Assembly: GCA_965248835.1 (NCBI GenBank)
Contig: CBDFLJ010000002.1
Location: 1,952,001-2,016,000, forward strand
DNA: 64,000 nucleotides
Reading direction: 5' to 3'
Source of the DNA: Alphaproteobacteria bacterium
GTDB taxonomy: Bacteria > Pseudomonadota > Alphaproteobacteria > MPNO01
The notes below the pieces were generated by a model that saw nothing but the letters and a program-made list of their open reading frames with translations, did no database searches and had not been told where the DNA came from. Positions 29,801 to 40,143 of this stretch are shown in pieces. Within the stretch, counting starts at the first letter, position 1, and every line of letters begins with the position of its first letter. Both the position numbers and the translations under genes were made by a program.

Positions 29801-29817
29801 CATACAATTTTTCGATG
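29801..29817. promoter_or_regulatory. Candidate LysR box CATACAATTTTTCGATG (T-N11-A with CAT/ATG dyad)
   Basis: AT-rich T-N11-A about 60 nt upstream of the LysR start. Confidence 0.45.
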
Positions 29818-29920
29818 CCCGCGGCGCGAAACCCTAGCGATCCGGTGAAAAATTCAAAACGCCGCCGCGGCGAAACCCGGCGATTTCACCCGTCCGGCCG
29901 GGCGCCGTATAGTCACGTCC

Positions 29921-30109
29921 ATGCGTTACGTGCTGATCGGACTTGCCTTCGGCGCCGCATGGGCGGCGACGCAACTCCTGCGGGGCGAGATGACCGCGCC
30001 GGTCCAGCTCGCCGTTCCGGTCGTCCTGTGCGGCGGCTTCGGAGGACTCCTGTGGGGGATCCGCGTCTTGATCCTGCGCCTCAGCCGGCGCTCCCGATCC
30101 GCGCGGTGA
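29921..30109 (+). CDS. Small hypothetical membrane protein (2 TM)
   Basis: 62 aa with two hydrophobic segments; a TATAGT -10-like element lies just upstream. Confidence 0.5.
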   Translation: MRYVLIGLAFGAAWAATQLLRGEMTAPVQLAVPVVLCGGFGGLLWGIRVLILRLSRRSRSAR

Positions 30110-30470
30110 CCTCGATCTCGACCTTCATCTCCGGCAGCGCCAGCGCGGCGATGACAGTGGTGTTGGCCGGGCGGATGTCGGCGAACGCCGCACCGATCAC
30201 CTCGCAGACCGGCATCAGATCAGCCCGGTCGGCGATGTAGACCACCACACGCAGCACGTCGGCGAGGCGCGCACCGGCCTCGTCGAGCGCCGCCTCCAGA
30301 TGGCCGAGCGCGAGTCGGGTCTGCGCCGCCGCATCGGCCGGAAACGTGCCCGCGCTCCGGTCCATGCCGGTGGTTCCGGAGACATAGACCATCTCGCCGT
30401 CGACGATCGCCCGCGAGAAGCTCGCCAGGTCTTCGAACGGCGTGCCGGTGGAGATGCGCCGCCGGCTCAT
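30081..30470 (-). CDS. RidA family protein (Rid subfamily)
   Basis: RRISTGTPFE..ASFSRA, VSGTTG, IRPANT, KVEIEVTA. Confidence 0.88.
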   Translation of the reverse strand: MSRRRISTGTPFEDLASFSRAIVDGEMVYVSGTTGMDRSAGTFPADAAAQTRLALGHLEAALDEAGARLADVLRVVVYIADRADLMPVCEVIGAAFADIRPANTTVIAALALPEMKVEIEVTARIGSAG

Positions 30471-30480
30471 CGGCACCGGC

Positions 30481-31668
30481 TCACAGCTTGCTGTCCCGGC
30501 TCGGCAGGCCGAGCAGGATGCGGCCGTAGTTCGCGCCCTGGGCATCCCAGGCCAGCGCAATATGGGAAGCCAGCGTGTGCATGTCGCGCCAGTGGCGCTG
30601 CAGCGGCGAGCCTTCGGCGTTGCCGGTCGCTCCGCTGAGAGCCATCAGCCGGTCGACCGCCTGGACCAGCAGCTTGCCGGCAAAGCCGTCGTTGCGGCGC
30701 CAGCGGTGGCGCTCTTCCAAGCTCGGCACCTCGCCGGCCTCGGCCCGGGCATGAACCTCCTCGCAGTCACGCCGCAGCAGCGTCCAGGCCGCGTCGATCT
30801 CGGCCGCCGCCTCGCCGGCGCGGAGCTGTGCCGTCGGCTCATCGGCGAGCCTGGAACCGCTTTGCATGCGCTGGCTGGCGAGCCGCTCGATCACCAGAGC
30901 CAGCGCGCCGCGCGCGATCCCGACCGCCGGCGCGACGATCCCTTTGCCGAACAGCGAGAACAGCGGCATCCGGTAGAGCGGGCCGGGGTTGACCGTGCTG
31001 CCCCGCGTCGGCTCGCCGCGGCAGGCCTCGGACCGGATGGTCCAGTCCTCGGCGATGAACAGGCCGCGGCAGACCATCGACTTGGAGCCGGTGCCGCGCA
31101 GCCCGGTGGTGTTCCAGTCATCGACCAATTCGACCGCGCTGACCGGCGCAAGCCCGTAGCGGTGCTCGAGCCCCTCGCGGTCGAGCCGGGGCGTCATCAT
31201 GTTAAAATGGTTCCACCGGCAGACATCGACGCCGCTTGCCAGGCTCCACGTCCCGTTCAGCACGAACCCGCCGTCGACTTGCGTGACGCGCGAATCCGCG
31301 GTCGGCGTCGAGCCTGCGATCAGCGCGTCCGCGTCCTCGCCCCAGACCGCGTCCTGGGCGTCGGCGCCGAACATGCCGTGCATCCAGGAATGGCTTGCTA
31401 CGACCGAATGCACCCAGGCGGTCGAGCCGCAGGCGGTGCCCAGTTCGGCCGCGATATCGACCTGCAGCATGTAGTCGAGCTCGTAGCCGTCGTAGCGCTC
31501 GGGCAGGTAGATCCGATAGAGCCCGGCATCTATCAACGCGGCCTGGGTCTCTTCGGGCAGGCGCCTGATCCTGTCGGCCTCCGCGGCGCGGGCCGCGATG
31601 CCGGGAAGCAGTTCGCGCGCCCGCTCGATCAGCTCGTCGCGTGTGACCGCGTTGGCGCTGCCGGCCAT
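30481..31668 (-). CDS. Two-component flavin-dependent monooxygenase, oxygenase subunit (acyl-CoA dehydrogenase fold, HsaA/C2-like)
   Basis: RRLPEE, CGSTAW, GTWSLASG, WNTTGLRGTGS, LQRHWRDMHTLASH. Confidence 0.85.
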   Translation of the reverse strand: MAGSANAVTRDELIERARELLPGIAARAAEADRIRRLPEETQAALIDAGLYRIYLPERYDGYELDYMLQVDIAAELGTACGSTAWVHSVVASHSWMHGMFGADAQDAVWGEDADALIAGSTPTADSRVTQVDGGFVLNGTWSLASGVDVCRWNHFNMMTPRLDREGLEHRYGLAPVSAVELVDDWNTTGLRGTGSKSMVCRGLFIAEDWTIRSEACRGEPTRGSTVNPGPLYRMPLFSLFGKGIVAPAVGIARGALALVIERLASQRMQSGSRLADEPTAQLRAGEAAAEIDAAWTLLRRDCEEVHARAEAGEVPSLEERHRWRRNDGFAGKLLVQAVDRLMALSGATGNAEGSPLQRHWRDMHTLASHIALAWDAQGANYGRILLGLPSRDSKL

Positions 31669-31679
31669 CGGCACAGCGC

Positions 31680-33449
31680 TCAGATGTCTGCGTAGGTATG
31701 GGACTCGGCCGCGCCGCCGGGATGGACCACCGCGCCGCCGGCCGCCGGGCCCACGGTCTGGGCATAGCGCCACAGCGCGCCGGACTGGAAATCGGTCTTG
31801 CGGGGCTTCCAGGCCCTCTTGCGCTTGGCCAGTTCCGCCCTGGTCAGCGCCACGTCGAGCCGCCCCTTGACCGCATCGATCGAGATCATGTCGCCGTTGC
31901 GGATCAGCCCGATCGGCCCGCCGACCGCAGCCTCGGGCCCGACATGTCCGATGCAGAAGCCGCGGGTCCCGCCGGAGAACCGCCCGTCGGTGATCAGCGC
32001 GACCGTCTCGCCCATGCCGAGGCCGTAGAGCGCAGCGGTGGTCGAGAGCATCTCGCGCATGCCCGGCCCGCCCTTCGGCCCTTCGTAGCGGATCACCATC
32101 ACCTCGCCCGCCTTGATCTTACGGGCGACGACCGCGTCGAAGGCGTCTTCCTCGCAATCGAAGATCCGCGCCGGCCCGGTGAAACTGAGGGTACCAAGCC
32201 CCGCGACCTTCACGATCGCACCCTCGGGCGCCAAGTTGCCCTTGAGCCCGACCACACCGCCGGTCGGCGACAACGGCTTGGACGCCCGATGGAAGACGTC
32301 CTGGTTCCCGGGGAACTTCACCTTCCGGTAGTTCTCGGCGAGGGTCTTGCCGGTGACCGTGACGCAATCGCCGTCCAACAGGCCGGCGTCGAGAAGCTCC
32401 TTGATCACCACCGGCACGCCGCCGGCTTCGTGCATTGCAAGGGCGGTGTGTTTGCCGCCGGGCATCAGATCGGCGATATAGGGCGTCGCCTTGAAGAGCC
32501 TCGCGACGTCGTCGAGCGTGTAGTCGATGCCGGCCTCGTGGGCGATGGCCGGCAGGTGGAGCGCCGCGTTGGTCGAACCGCCGGTCGCCGCGACAACCTT
32601 GGCGGCGTTGTCCAGCGCTTTCCGGGTGACGATGTCGCGCGGGCGCAATCCACTGCGCAGCAGGTCCATCACCGCGCCGCCCGAGGCCTCCACCATCGCA
32701 TCGCGCGATTCGTAGACCGCCGGCGCACCGGCCGAGCTCGGCAGCGCCAGGCCGATCGCCTCGGAGACGCAGGCCATCGTGTTGGCGGTGAACTGGCCGC
32801 CGCAGGAGCCGGCGCAGGGGCACGCCGCCTCTTCCAGTTCGTCGAGATCGGCGCGCGACATGTTGCCGGCCGCATGTTGGCCGACCCCTTCGAAGACATC
32901 GACGATGGTCACGTCGCGGCCCCGGAACTTCCCGGGCAGGATGGTCCCGCCATAGACGAAGACCGCCGGCACGTTGAGCCGGACCATCGCCATCATCATG
33001 CCGGGCAGCGACTTGTCGCAGCCGGCGAGCCCGACCAGCGCGTCGTAGCAGTGCCCGCGCATGGTCAGCTCGACCGAGTCCGCGATCAGGTCGCGGCTGA
33101 CCAGCGACGACTTCATGCCGGCATGGCCCATCGCGATGCCGTCGGTAACGGTGATGGTCGTGAACTCGCGCGGCGTGCCGCCGGCCTCGGCGACGCCGCG
33201 CTTGGCGGCCTGGGCCTGGCGCGACAGCGAGATGTTGCACGGCGCGGCCTCGTTCCAGCAGGTCGCGACCCCGACCAGCGGCTGGTGGATTTCCTTCTCG
33301 CCCAGCCCCATCGCGTAGAGGAACGCCCGATGCGGCGCCCGCTCCGGGCCCTCCGTCACATGCCGGCTGGGCAGCTTCGCCTTGTCGAACGCCGAGCGCC
33401 GCCTCGGCCTGGACCTGGTCTTGGACTTGCGGGTCGTCCCGTCGGGCAT
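31680..33449 (-). CDS. ilvD: Dihydroxy-acid dehydratase
   Basis: [55 protein letters not shown]. Confidence 0.96.
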   Translation of the reverse strand: MPDGTTRKSKTRSRPRRRSAFDKAKLPSRHVTEGPERAPHRAFLYAMGLGEKEIHQPLVGVATCWNEAAPCNISLSRQAQAAKRGVAEAGGTPREFTTITVTDGIAMGHAGMKSSLVSRDLIADSVELTMRGHCYDALVGLAGCDKSLPGMMMAMVRLNVPAVFVYGGTILPGKFRGRDVTIVDVFEGVGQHAAGNMSRADLDELEEAACPCAGSCGGQFTANTMACVSEAIGLALPSSAGAPAVYESRDAMVEASGGAVMDLLRSGLRPRDIVTRKALDNAAKVVAATGGSTNAALHLPAIAHEAGIDYTLDDVARLFKATPYIADLMPGGKHTALAMHEAGGVPVVIKELLDAGLLDGDCVTVTGKTLAENYRKVKFPGNQDVFHRASKPLSPTGGVVGLKGNLAPEGAIVKVAGLGTLSFTGPARIFDCEEDAFDAVVARKIKAGEVMVIRYEGPKGGPGMREMLSTTAALYGLGMGETVALITDGRFSGGTRGFCIGHVGPEAAVGGPIGLIRNGDMISIDAVKGRLDVALTRAELAKRKRAWKPRKTDFQSGALWRYAQTVGPAAGGAVVHPGGAAESHTYADI

Positions 33450-33548
33450 CTGATCCTCTGTGTTCCGTTGGCCTCGTTGCGCCGACCATAGCCGCCGCGG
33501 CGCCGGCGCCACAAGCCGCAGGATCGTTTCGTCGAACCGATGCGGGGA

Positions 33549-33563
33549 TGCCATAAAATGGCA
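33549..33563. promoter_or_regulatory. Palindrome TGCCAT-AAA-ATGGCA in the ilvD / Rieske divergent spacer
   Basis: Perfect 6-3-6 inverted repeat. Confidence 0.4.
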
Positions 33564-33623
33564 CAGTGAATGGACCCGCGGCGATGTGCGCTCAGGCCGT
33601 CGGTCGGGTATCGGGAGAACGGG

Positions 33624-34422
33624 ATATTTGTGCGAAACGCGTGGTATGTCGCAGCCTGGGGACAGGAAGTCAGCGCCGCGCCTGTGGCGCGCTCGCCGCT
33701 CGGCGAGCCGGTGGTGCTGTTTCGCGGCGAGGACGGGGCGCCGGTCGCGCTCGAGGACCGGTGCTGCCCCGGCAATTACCGCTCTCGATGGGCCGGGTGC
33801 GCGGCCGGGTGCCCGAATGCGGCTACCACGGGCTGCGCTTTGCAAACGACGGAAGCTGCGTCTCGGTTCCCGGACAGAGCCAGGTCCCGCCCGGTGCGGC
33901 GGTGCGAAGCTATCCCCTGGTCGAGCGGCTGGGCTGGATCTGGATCTGGATGGGCGATCCGGCAAAGGCCGGAGACGGCCGCATCCCCGACTGGTGGTTC
34001 ATGGACCACCCCGACTGGAAGACCATATCGGGCAACGGCGCCGCACCGATCCATACCAGGTGCAACTACGCGCTGATCAACCACAACCTCCTTGACCTCA
34101 GCCATATCGGCATGGCGGGCGTGACGGCGACGGCGGCCGCCGGATCGCCTGTCACGCGGTCAACGTCGCGACGCCCGAGACCGGGACGACGAGCCATTTA
34201 TTCTACGGCCACGCCCGCAGCTTCCAGACCGAGAGTCCGGAGTGGGACGAAGTCTTCCGGCGCGACTATCGCCGCATCTACATGGAAGATGTCGCCATCC
34301 TCGAAGCGCAGCAGGCTTCGCTCGACCGGAACCCGGACGGGGACATGGTCGATATCGACGTCGACGCGCCGGGCATCGCGCTGCGCAGCCTGATTGAGGA
34401 GCGCATCGCCGCCGGGGGCTGA
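33624..34422 (+). pseudogene. VanA-like Rieske oxygenase alpha subunit pseudogene
   Basis: ATA in place of ATG before [11 protein letters not shown]; frameshift at DRCC|RQLPLSMG; CGYHG; NLLDLSH followed by an internal deletion; C-terminal TPET..SHLF, EDVAILEAQQ in another frame. Confidence 0.88.
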
Positions 34423-34454
34423 GGCGCGCAAGCCGACATTTCCGCGTCCCCTCT

Positions 34455-37118
34455 TCAGGCCGCGGCGAGACGGTCGAGCGCCTCGGACAGCTTGGTTCTG
34501 GACAGCTCCAGCTCGACCAACCGCTCGCGTTGCTCCTCGACGACCTCTTCGGGGGCACGCGCGATGAAGTTCCGGTTGGCCAGCTTGGCGTCGATCTTGC
34601 CGATCTCGCCGGACAGCTTGTGCAGCGCACGCTCCAGCCGCGCGCGCTCTTGCGCGATGTCGATCACTTCGCCGACCGGCAGGGCGTAGACCGCCTCATC
34701 GACGACCGCCTGGACGACGCCCTTGGGCAGTGCGGTGTCTTCGGAAAGCGTGGTGTCGTTCAGCCTCGCCAAGCGATGGATCAGCTCGCGGTGACGCGCG
34801 AGCCGCTCCGTGGTCGCCGTGCTGGCGCCGCGCACCAGCATCGACAGCCTGGCACCGGGCGGCACGTTGAGCTCCGATCGCACCGCGCGGATCTCGGAAA
34901 CCAGGCGGACGAGCCAATCCATTTCGGCCTTCACCTGTCCATCGATCAAGGAGCTGGACAGGCTCGGCCAGCGCCCGTTGATCAACAGGTTCGCACGCGG
35001 CGCGTCCGGCGGCGCGAGGCTGGCCCACAGCGCCTCGGTCACGAACGGCATGATCGGATGCAACAGGTGCAGGAGCGAGTCCAGCACCCAGGCCGTGGTT
35101 GCGCGCACCTCGCGGCCGTCCTCGTGCGCAGCTTCGGCGAGGATCGGCTTGGTGAACTCCAGATACCAGTCGCAGAACGTGTGCCAGGTGAACTGGTAGA
35201 GCGCCTGGGCGACATCGTTGAACCGGTAGGCCTCGATGCTCTGCGCGGCAGCGGCCGCCGCCGCCGAAAGCTCGCCCGCGATCCAGCGGTTCACGGCCAA
35301 CCGGCAGGCGGCCGGATCGAACCCCGCCTCGGGATGGCACGCGTTCATCTGCGCATAGCGTGCGGCGTTCCAGATCTTGGTGACGAAATTGCGGTAGCCT
35401 GCCACCCGCCCCGCCGACAGCTTGATATCGCGGCCCTGGGCCGCCAGCGCCGTCAGCGTGAACCGCAGCGCATCGGCGCCGTACTGGTCGATCAAATCCA
35501 GCGGATCGAGCACGTTGCCCTTTGACTTGGACATCTTCTGGCCGTGCTCGTCGCGGACCAGGGCATGGATGTAGACTGTCCTGAAGGGCACCTGCTTGCG
35601 GAAATGCAGCCCCATCATCACCATCCTGGCGACCCAGAAGAAAATGATGTCGAAGCCGGTGACCAGCACGTCGGTCGGATAGTAGCGCGCGAGCGCCGGG
35701 GTCTCCTCCGGCCAGCCGAGCGTCGAGAACGGCCAGAGCGCCGACGAGAACCAGGTATCGAGAACGTCGGTCTCGCGCTCCAGCGCGACCGGCTCGCCGT
35801 AGTGGGCGCGCGCGGCCTCGACCGCTTCCTGCTCGGTCTGCTCGACGAAGATCTCGCCGTCGGGCCCATACCACGCCGGGATCCGATGGCCCCACCAGAT
35901 CTGGCGCGAAACGCACCAGGGCTGTATGTTGCGCATCCACTCGAAATAGGTCCGCTCCCAGTGCCTGGGGACGAATTCGATCCCGCCGGTCTCGACCGCT
36001 TCGATCGCCGGCTTGGCCAGCGCCTGGGCATCGACGAACCACTGATCGGTCAGCATCGGCTCGATGATCACGCCCGACCGGTCGCCGTAGGGGATGGTCA
36101 TCGGGTTGTCTTCGATATCGCCCAACGCGCCTTCGGCCTCGAGCAGTGCGAGCACCGCCTCGCGCGCTTGCTCTCGGCTCAATCCGCACATCTTTTCAGG
36201 GACTTGATCGTTGAGCCTCGCATCTTGATCGAAGATGCTGATCATCTCCAGCCCGTGGCGGCGGCCGACCTCGAAGTCGTTGAAGTCGTGCGCCGGGGTG
36301 ATCTTGACCGCACCCGATCCCTTGTCCGGGTCGCTGTACTCATCGGCGATGATCGGGATGCGGCGGCCGGTGATCGGCAGGATCACACGCTCGCCGACCA
36401 AGTGGCGGTAGCGATCGTCTTCAGGGTGCACCGCAACCGCGGTGTCGCCCAGCATGGTCTCCGGCCGGGTCGTGGCTACGCTCACGCTCGCACCGCCGCC
36501 GTTCTCGACCGGGTAGCGGATGTACCAGAGCTTGCCCTTGACCGCGCGCTGCTCGACTTCGAGGTCCGAGATCGCCGTGTGGAGCTTGGGGTCCCAGTTG
36601 ACCAGGCGCTTGTCACGGTAGATCAGCCCCTCCTTGTAGAGGCTTATGAAAACACGCTGAACGGCCTCGGACAGGCCGTCGTCCATGGTGAACCGCTCGC
36701 GTGACCAGTCACAGGATGCGCCAAGCCGGCGGAGCTGGTCGGTGATCGTGCCGCCGGAGGCCGCTTTCCATTGCCAGATGCGCTCGATGAAGGCCTCGCG
36801 GCCCAGGTCGTGGCGGGTCTTGCCCTGCTCCTCGAGCTGACGCTCGACGACCATCTGGGTTGCGATGCCGGCGTGGTCGGTGCCGGGCTGCCACAGCGCA
36901 TCGCGGCCGGTCATCCGCGCGTAGCGGGTGAGGATGTCCTGCAAGGTGTTGTTGAGCGCATGGCCCATATGCAGCCGGCCGGTGACGTTCGGCGGCGGGA
37001 TGACGATCGAATAGGGCGCGCCCGGGCGCCCGCAGGCGAACGCGCCGGCGGCTTCCCAGCGGTCATAGATCCGCTGTTCGACGTCTTCGGGTCGATAGGT
37101 CTTGTCCAACGCGGCCAT
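34455..37118 (-). CDS. valS: Valine--tRNA ligase
   Basis: PPPNVTGRLHMGH, ATTRPET, DVLDTWFSS, KMSKSKGN, C-terminal coiled coil. Confidence 0.98.
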   Translation of the reverse strand: MAALDKTYRPEDVEQRIYDRWEAAGAFACGRPGAPYSIVIPPPNVTGRLHMGHALNNTLQDILTRYARMTGRDALWQPGTDHAGIATQMVVERQLEEQGKTRHDLGREAFIERIWQWKAASGGTITDQLRRLGASCDWSRERFTMDDGLSEAVQRVFISLYKEGLIYRDKRLVNWDPKLHTAISDLEVEQRAVKGKLWYIRYPVENGGGASVSVATTRPETMLGDTAVAVHPEDDRYRHLVGERVILPITGRRIPIIADEYSDPDKGSGAVKITPAHDFNDFEVGRRHGLEMISIFDQDARLNDQVPEKMCGLSREQAREAVLALLEAEGALGDIEDNPMTIPYGDRSGVIIEPMLTDQWFVDAQALAKPAIEAVETGGIEFVPRHWERTYFEWMRNIQPWCVSRQIWWGHRIPAWYGPDGEIFVEQTEQEAVEAARAHYGEPVALERETDVLDTWFSSALWPFSTLGWPEETPALARYYPTDVLVTGFDIIFFWVARMVMMGLHFRKQVPFRTVYIHALVRDEHGQKMSKSKGNVLDPLDLIDQYGADALRFTLTALAAQGRDIKLSAGRVAGYRNFVTKIWNAARYAQMNACHPEAGFDPAACRLAVNRWIAGELSAAAAAAAQSIEAYRFNDVAQALYQFTWHTFCDWYLEFTKPILAEAAHEDGREVRATTAWVLDSLLHLLHPIMPFVTEALWASLAPPDAPRANLLINGRWPSLSSSLIDGQVKAEMDWLVRLVSEIRAVRSELNVPPGARLSMLVRGASTATTERLARHRELIHRLARLNDTTLSEDTALPKGVVQAVVDEAVYALPVGEVIDIAQERARLERALHKLSGEIGKIDAKLANRNFIARAPEEVVEEQRERLVELELSRTKLSEALDRLAAA

Positions 37119-37125
37119 CGGGCGA

Positions 37126-37617
37126 TCAGCAGTCGGCGCCGTCCTCGGCTCGGCGGGTCCTGAGGTCGATCTCGCGGCCGATCATCCGCTCGACCAGCCG
37201 GGGCAGGTTCTCGTCAAGCCATTCTCTGACGATCGGCCGGACGACATCCTCGACGACCTCCTCGACCGTCCGTCCGCCGACGCCCGCTTCGACGCGCTCG
37301 CCGGCGGCCGCTTGGGCAAACGCCTCGAACGAAGCGGTCGATGCCGCAGGCGCCGACTCGGCCGGGTCCGGCTCCTCGCCATGCTCGACCGCGACCGGCT
37401 CCGGGGCGTCGTGTGCGTGGATTGCCGCCCCGGTCGTGATGTCGACCACCGTGCCGTCGTCACGGACCTCCCGGGTCAGCTCGAAAACGTCGTCCCCGGG
37501 CGCCGGGTCCGGCGCCTCGGCGGTCAGCGGCCCGGTCTCGTCCTCGGAGATGATCCGACGAATCGACGCCAGGATCTCTTCCATGGAAGGTTCCTGGTCC
37601 GGCTTTGTCTCGCTCAT
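37126..37617 (-). CDS. popZ: Pole-organizing protein PopZ (DUF2497)
   Basis: EPSMEEILASIRRIISED; RPIVREWLDENLPRLVER. Confidence 0.92.
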   Translation of the reverse strand: MSETKPDQEPSMEEILASIRRIISEDETGPLTAEAPDPAPGDDVFELTREVRDDGTVVDITTGAAIHAHDAPEPVAVEHGEEPDPAESAPAASTASFEAFAQAAAGERVEAGVGGRTVEEVVEDVVRPIVREWLDENLPRLVERMIGREIDLRTRRAEDGADC

Positions 37618-37692
37618 GATGGGATCTTTCGTCTCGACCGGGCGGGAACTGACGCGCGCCGTCGGCGGTGCCGGTTCGCGCGACCGGCCCGG

Positions 37693-39072
37693 TCACTCCT
37701 CGATGTCCGTTCCGTACCAGCGGCGGCGGACGGCGCGGTAGTTCTTCTCCGGATCGTAGAGCGCGACCTCCAGGCCCAGGCTCTGCGCGGTAAGCTGTCC
37801 GACGGCGGCGCGGAGCGTATAGCTGGCCACGACCAGATTGCGCCGCGCGCGGACCAGATTGACCCTGGCATCGAGCAGTTCCTGCTCGGCATCAAGCACG
37901 TCGAGCACGGTTCGGGAGCCCACCAGGGCCTCCTGCTCGACTCCTTCCAGGGCGATTGTGGTCGCCCTGACCTGGTCGCTGAATGCGCTGATCTGCGCCC
38001 GCGCGGTGACGTAGTCCTCCCAGGACGATGTCGCGTTGTCGATGGCATCGCGCAGCGCCTGGCTGCGGTCGTTGCGCAGCCGTCCGACATCGTGCTTGGC
38101 GGCGCGAATGCGCGATGACACTTGACCGGACTGATAGAGCGGCACCGTCACCCGCGCGGTCAGCGAGACCGAGTCCGATTCGCTTTGCCGCGTGGCGGTG
38201 TCGTAGCTTCGGCCCGCGCTCGCCCGGAGCGCCACCGAAGGACGCAGTTCGCCGGATACCTGGTCGACGAACGCCCGTGCCGCCCGTTCCGTGTAGTCGG
38301 CGACCAGCAGGCCGAAATTGCTCGCCTTCGCCTGCTCCACCGCCTCGGCCTCGCCGGCCGGGAGGTCCTGCAACGGCGCGACAGTCTCAAGGTCGGCCGG
38401 CGCAACGCCGATGACGTTGATGAAGTCGGCCCGCGAGTCGACCAGCACGCCGCGCGCGCTCGCCAGATCCGCGGTCGCGCGCGATAGCCGCGACTCCGCC
38501 TGGGCGACATCGGTCCTGGTCACCTCGCCGACTCGGAACCGGTCGCGCGTCGCCTCGAGCTGACGCGCGAGGACCCGCTCGTTGTTCTCGTTGAGTTCGA
38601 TCACCGCCCGGTCGCGCACCACGTTCGTGTAGGCGGTCACCGCATCGAGGAGCACGTTCTGCTCCTCCGAGGAGAGCCGGGCCCGGTTGGCGAGGACCTC
38701 GTTCTTGCGCCGTTGGACCTCGGCCGCGGTCCGCCCGCCGCGGTAGACGTTTTGATCGACGGCGATTTCCGCCGTGCGCGGGTAGGTGGTGGACGTGCGC
38801 TTGCTCGCCCCGGTGACCGTCGAATTGGTGTGAGTGGCGCTCGCGCGGCCTTCGATGACCAGACGCGGCCGCCAATTGGCCTCCGCCTGGTTCACCAGCT
38901 CGTCCGTCGCTCTCACCTGGGCGCGCCGGGACTCGATCCTCGGGTTGTTCTCGTAGGCCATGATCAGCGCATCGCGCAACCGCTGCGCCGAGGCGGGGCC
39001 GGGCATCAGCCCGAGCGCGCCGGCGGCGGTCACGCAAACGACGAACACCGCCAGAAACGTGCGGCAGGTCAT
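37693..39072 (-). CDS. tolC: TolC-family outer membrane protein
   Basis: Signal peptide, AYENNP, RFRVGEVTRTDVAQAE, VGSRTVLDVLDAEQEL. Confidence 0.92.
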   Translation of the reverse strand: MTCRTFLAVFVVCVTAAGALGLMPGPASAQRLRDALIMAYENNPRIESRRAQVRATDELVNQAEANWRPRLVIEGRASATHTNSTVTGASKRTSTTYPRTAEIAVDQNVYRGGRTAAEVQRRKNEVLANRARLSSEEQNVLLDAVTAYTNVVRDRAVIELNENNERVLARQLEATRDRFRVGEVTRTDVAQAESRLSRATADLASARGVLVDSRADFINVIGVAPADLETVAPLQDLPAGEAEAVEQAKASNFGLLVADYTERAARAFVDQVSGELRPSVALRASAGRSYDTATRQSESDSVSLTARVTVPLYQSGQVSSRIRAAKHDVGRLRNDRSQALRDAIDNATSSWEDYVTARAQISAFSDQVRATTIALEGVEQEALVGSRTVLDVLDAEQELLDARVNLVRARRNLVVASYTLRAAVGQLTAQSLGLEVALYDPEKNYRAVRRRWYGTDIEE

Positions 39073-39725
39073 AGCACGAACCCCTTCTCGACCTCGAAAC
39101 CGGGCAGCACCGGCGTATTGGCATCGAACACGGCGCGGCGGGAGACGACACCGCCGATCCGCGTCGCCAGGACCGCGCGGCCTACGCCGCCCGGCGGCCT
39201 GACGATCGCGGCCAGCCGTCCGCCGTCGGCAATCTGGTCGGTCAGCGTCTGCGACAGCTCGGGGACGGCCCCGCTCAGCAGGATCGCATTGTACGGCGCC
39301 TGGTCGGGGTAGCCGGCCGCGAGCGGGCCGTCGACGACGACGACGTTGTCCACGCCGAGCTGCGAAAAATTGGCCTGGGCGTTGTCGGCGAGCGCGGCAT
39401 CGGCCTCGACCGCCACGACCGTCGAGGCCAGCCGCGCGAGAATCGCCGAGGAATAGCCGCTGCCGCAGCCGATATCGAGCACGATGTCGGTGGGCCTGAT
39501 ATCGAGCGATTCGACGAGCCGCGCGAACACCATCGGCTCCATCAGATGGCGGCGGTTGCCGCAATCGATGTCCTCATCGACATAGGCCACCGCACGCATC
39601 GGCTCGGGGACGAATATCTCGCGCGGCGTCTCGGAGAGTGCGGCGACAAGCGCGGTCCCGAACACCTTGTTGGTGCGGATCTGGCTGTTGACCATATGCA
39701 GCCGCGCGGCGGCGAAGTCGGCCAT
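39069..39725 (-). CDS. pcm: Protein-L-isoaspartate O-methyltransferase
   Basis: ARLHMVNSQIRTN, PREIFVP, VLDIGCGSGYS, APYNAI. Confidence 0.92.
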   Translation of the reverse strand: MADFAAARLHMVNSQIRTNKVFGTALVAALSETPREIFVPEPMRAVAYVDEDIDCGNRRHLMEPMVFARLVESLDIRPTDIVLDIGCGSGYSSAILARLASTVVAVEADAALADNAQANFSQLGVDNVVVVDGPLAAGYPDQAPYNAILLSGAVPELSQTLTDQIADGGRLAAIVRPPGGVGRAVLATRIGGVVSRRAVFDANTPVLPGFEVEKGFVL

Positions 39726-39964
39726 CGATTCCTTTCCGCTCAGGCACCGCCGCGCCGGCGGCCCGTTCTGTGGCGCGGCACGGTCCGACCCGGACACGGG
39801 GTTTGCCATGGAGCTACAGGAAATTCACCACGACATCGACAACGGCGCAACCCCCGGCCGGCGTTGCCGGTTTACCGCGGGTTTTTGCCGACCGAACGGC
39901 AAGGACGTTTCACCCGGCGCGATTTTGACGTAAAAGACCGCCTCTCACGGCGCGAATCTGCCGA

Positions 39965-40038
39965 GGCCCGGTGGGAGAGTGGCGATCCAGCGGACTGCAA
40001 ATCCGTTCACAGCGGTTCGAATCCGCTCCGGGCCTCCA
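39965..40038 (+). tRNA. tRNA-Cys (GCA)
   Basis: GGCCCGG/CCGGGCC acceptor stem, CTGCAAA anticodon loop, GGTTCGAATCC, encoded CCA. Confidence 0.96.
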
Positions 40039-40143
40039 GATTCCCGCACCAGAGTCCCGTACCGCCGCGGCGGCGGGGTGCCAATTCCGAACAAGCCGGC
40101 GTATAGTCCTGCCCAAGCCTGAAGACGTGGAGAGGAATGATCC

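Noticed and set aside
33559-33574. Sigma54 promoter (TGGCAC...)
   Set aside because: The -12 TTGC element is absent (reads ATGG); better explained as part of a palindrome.
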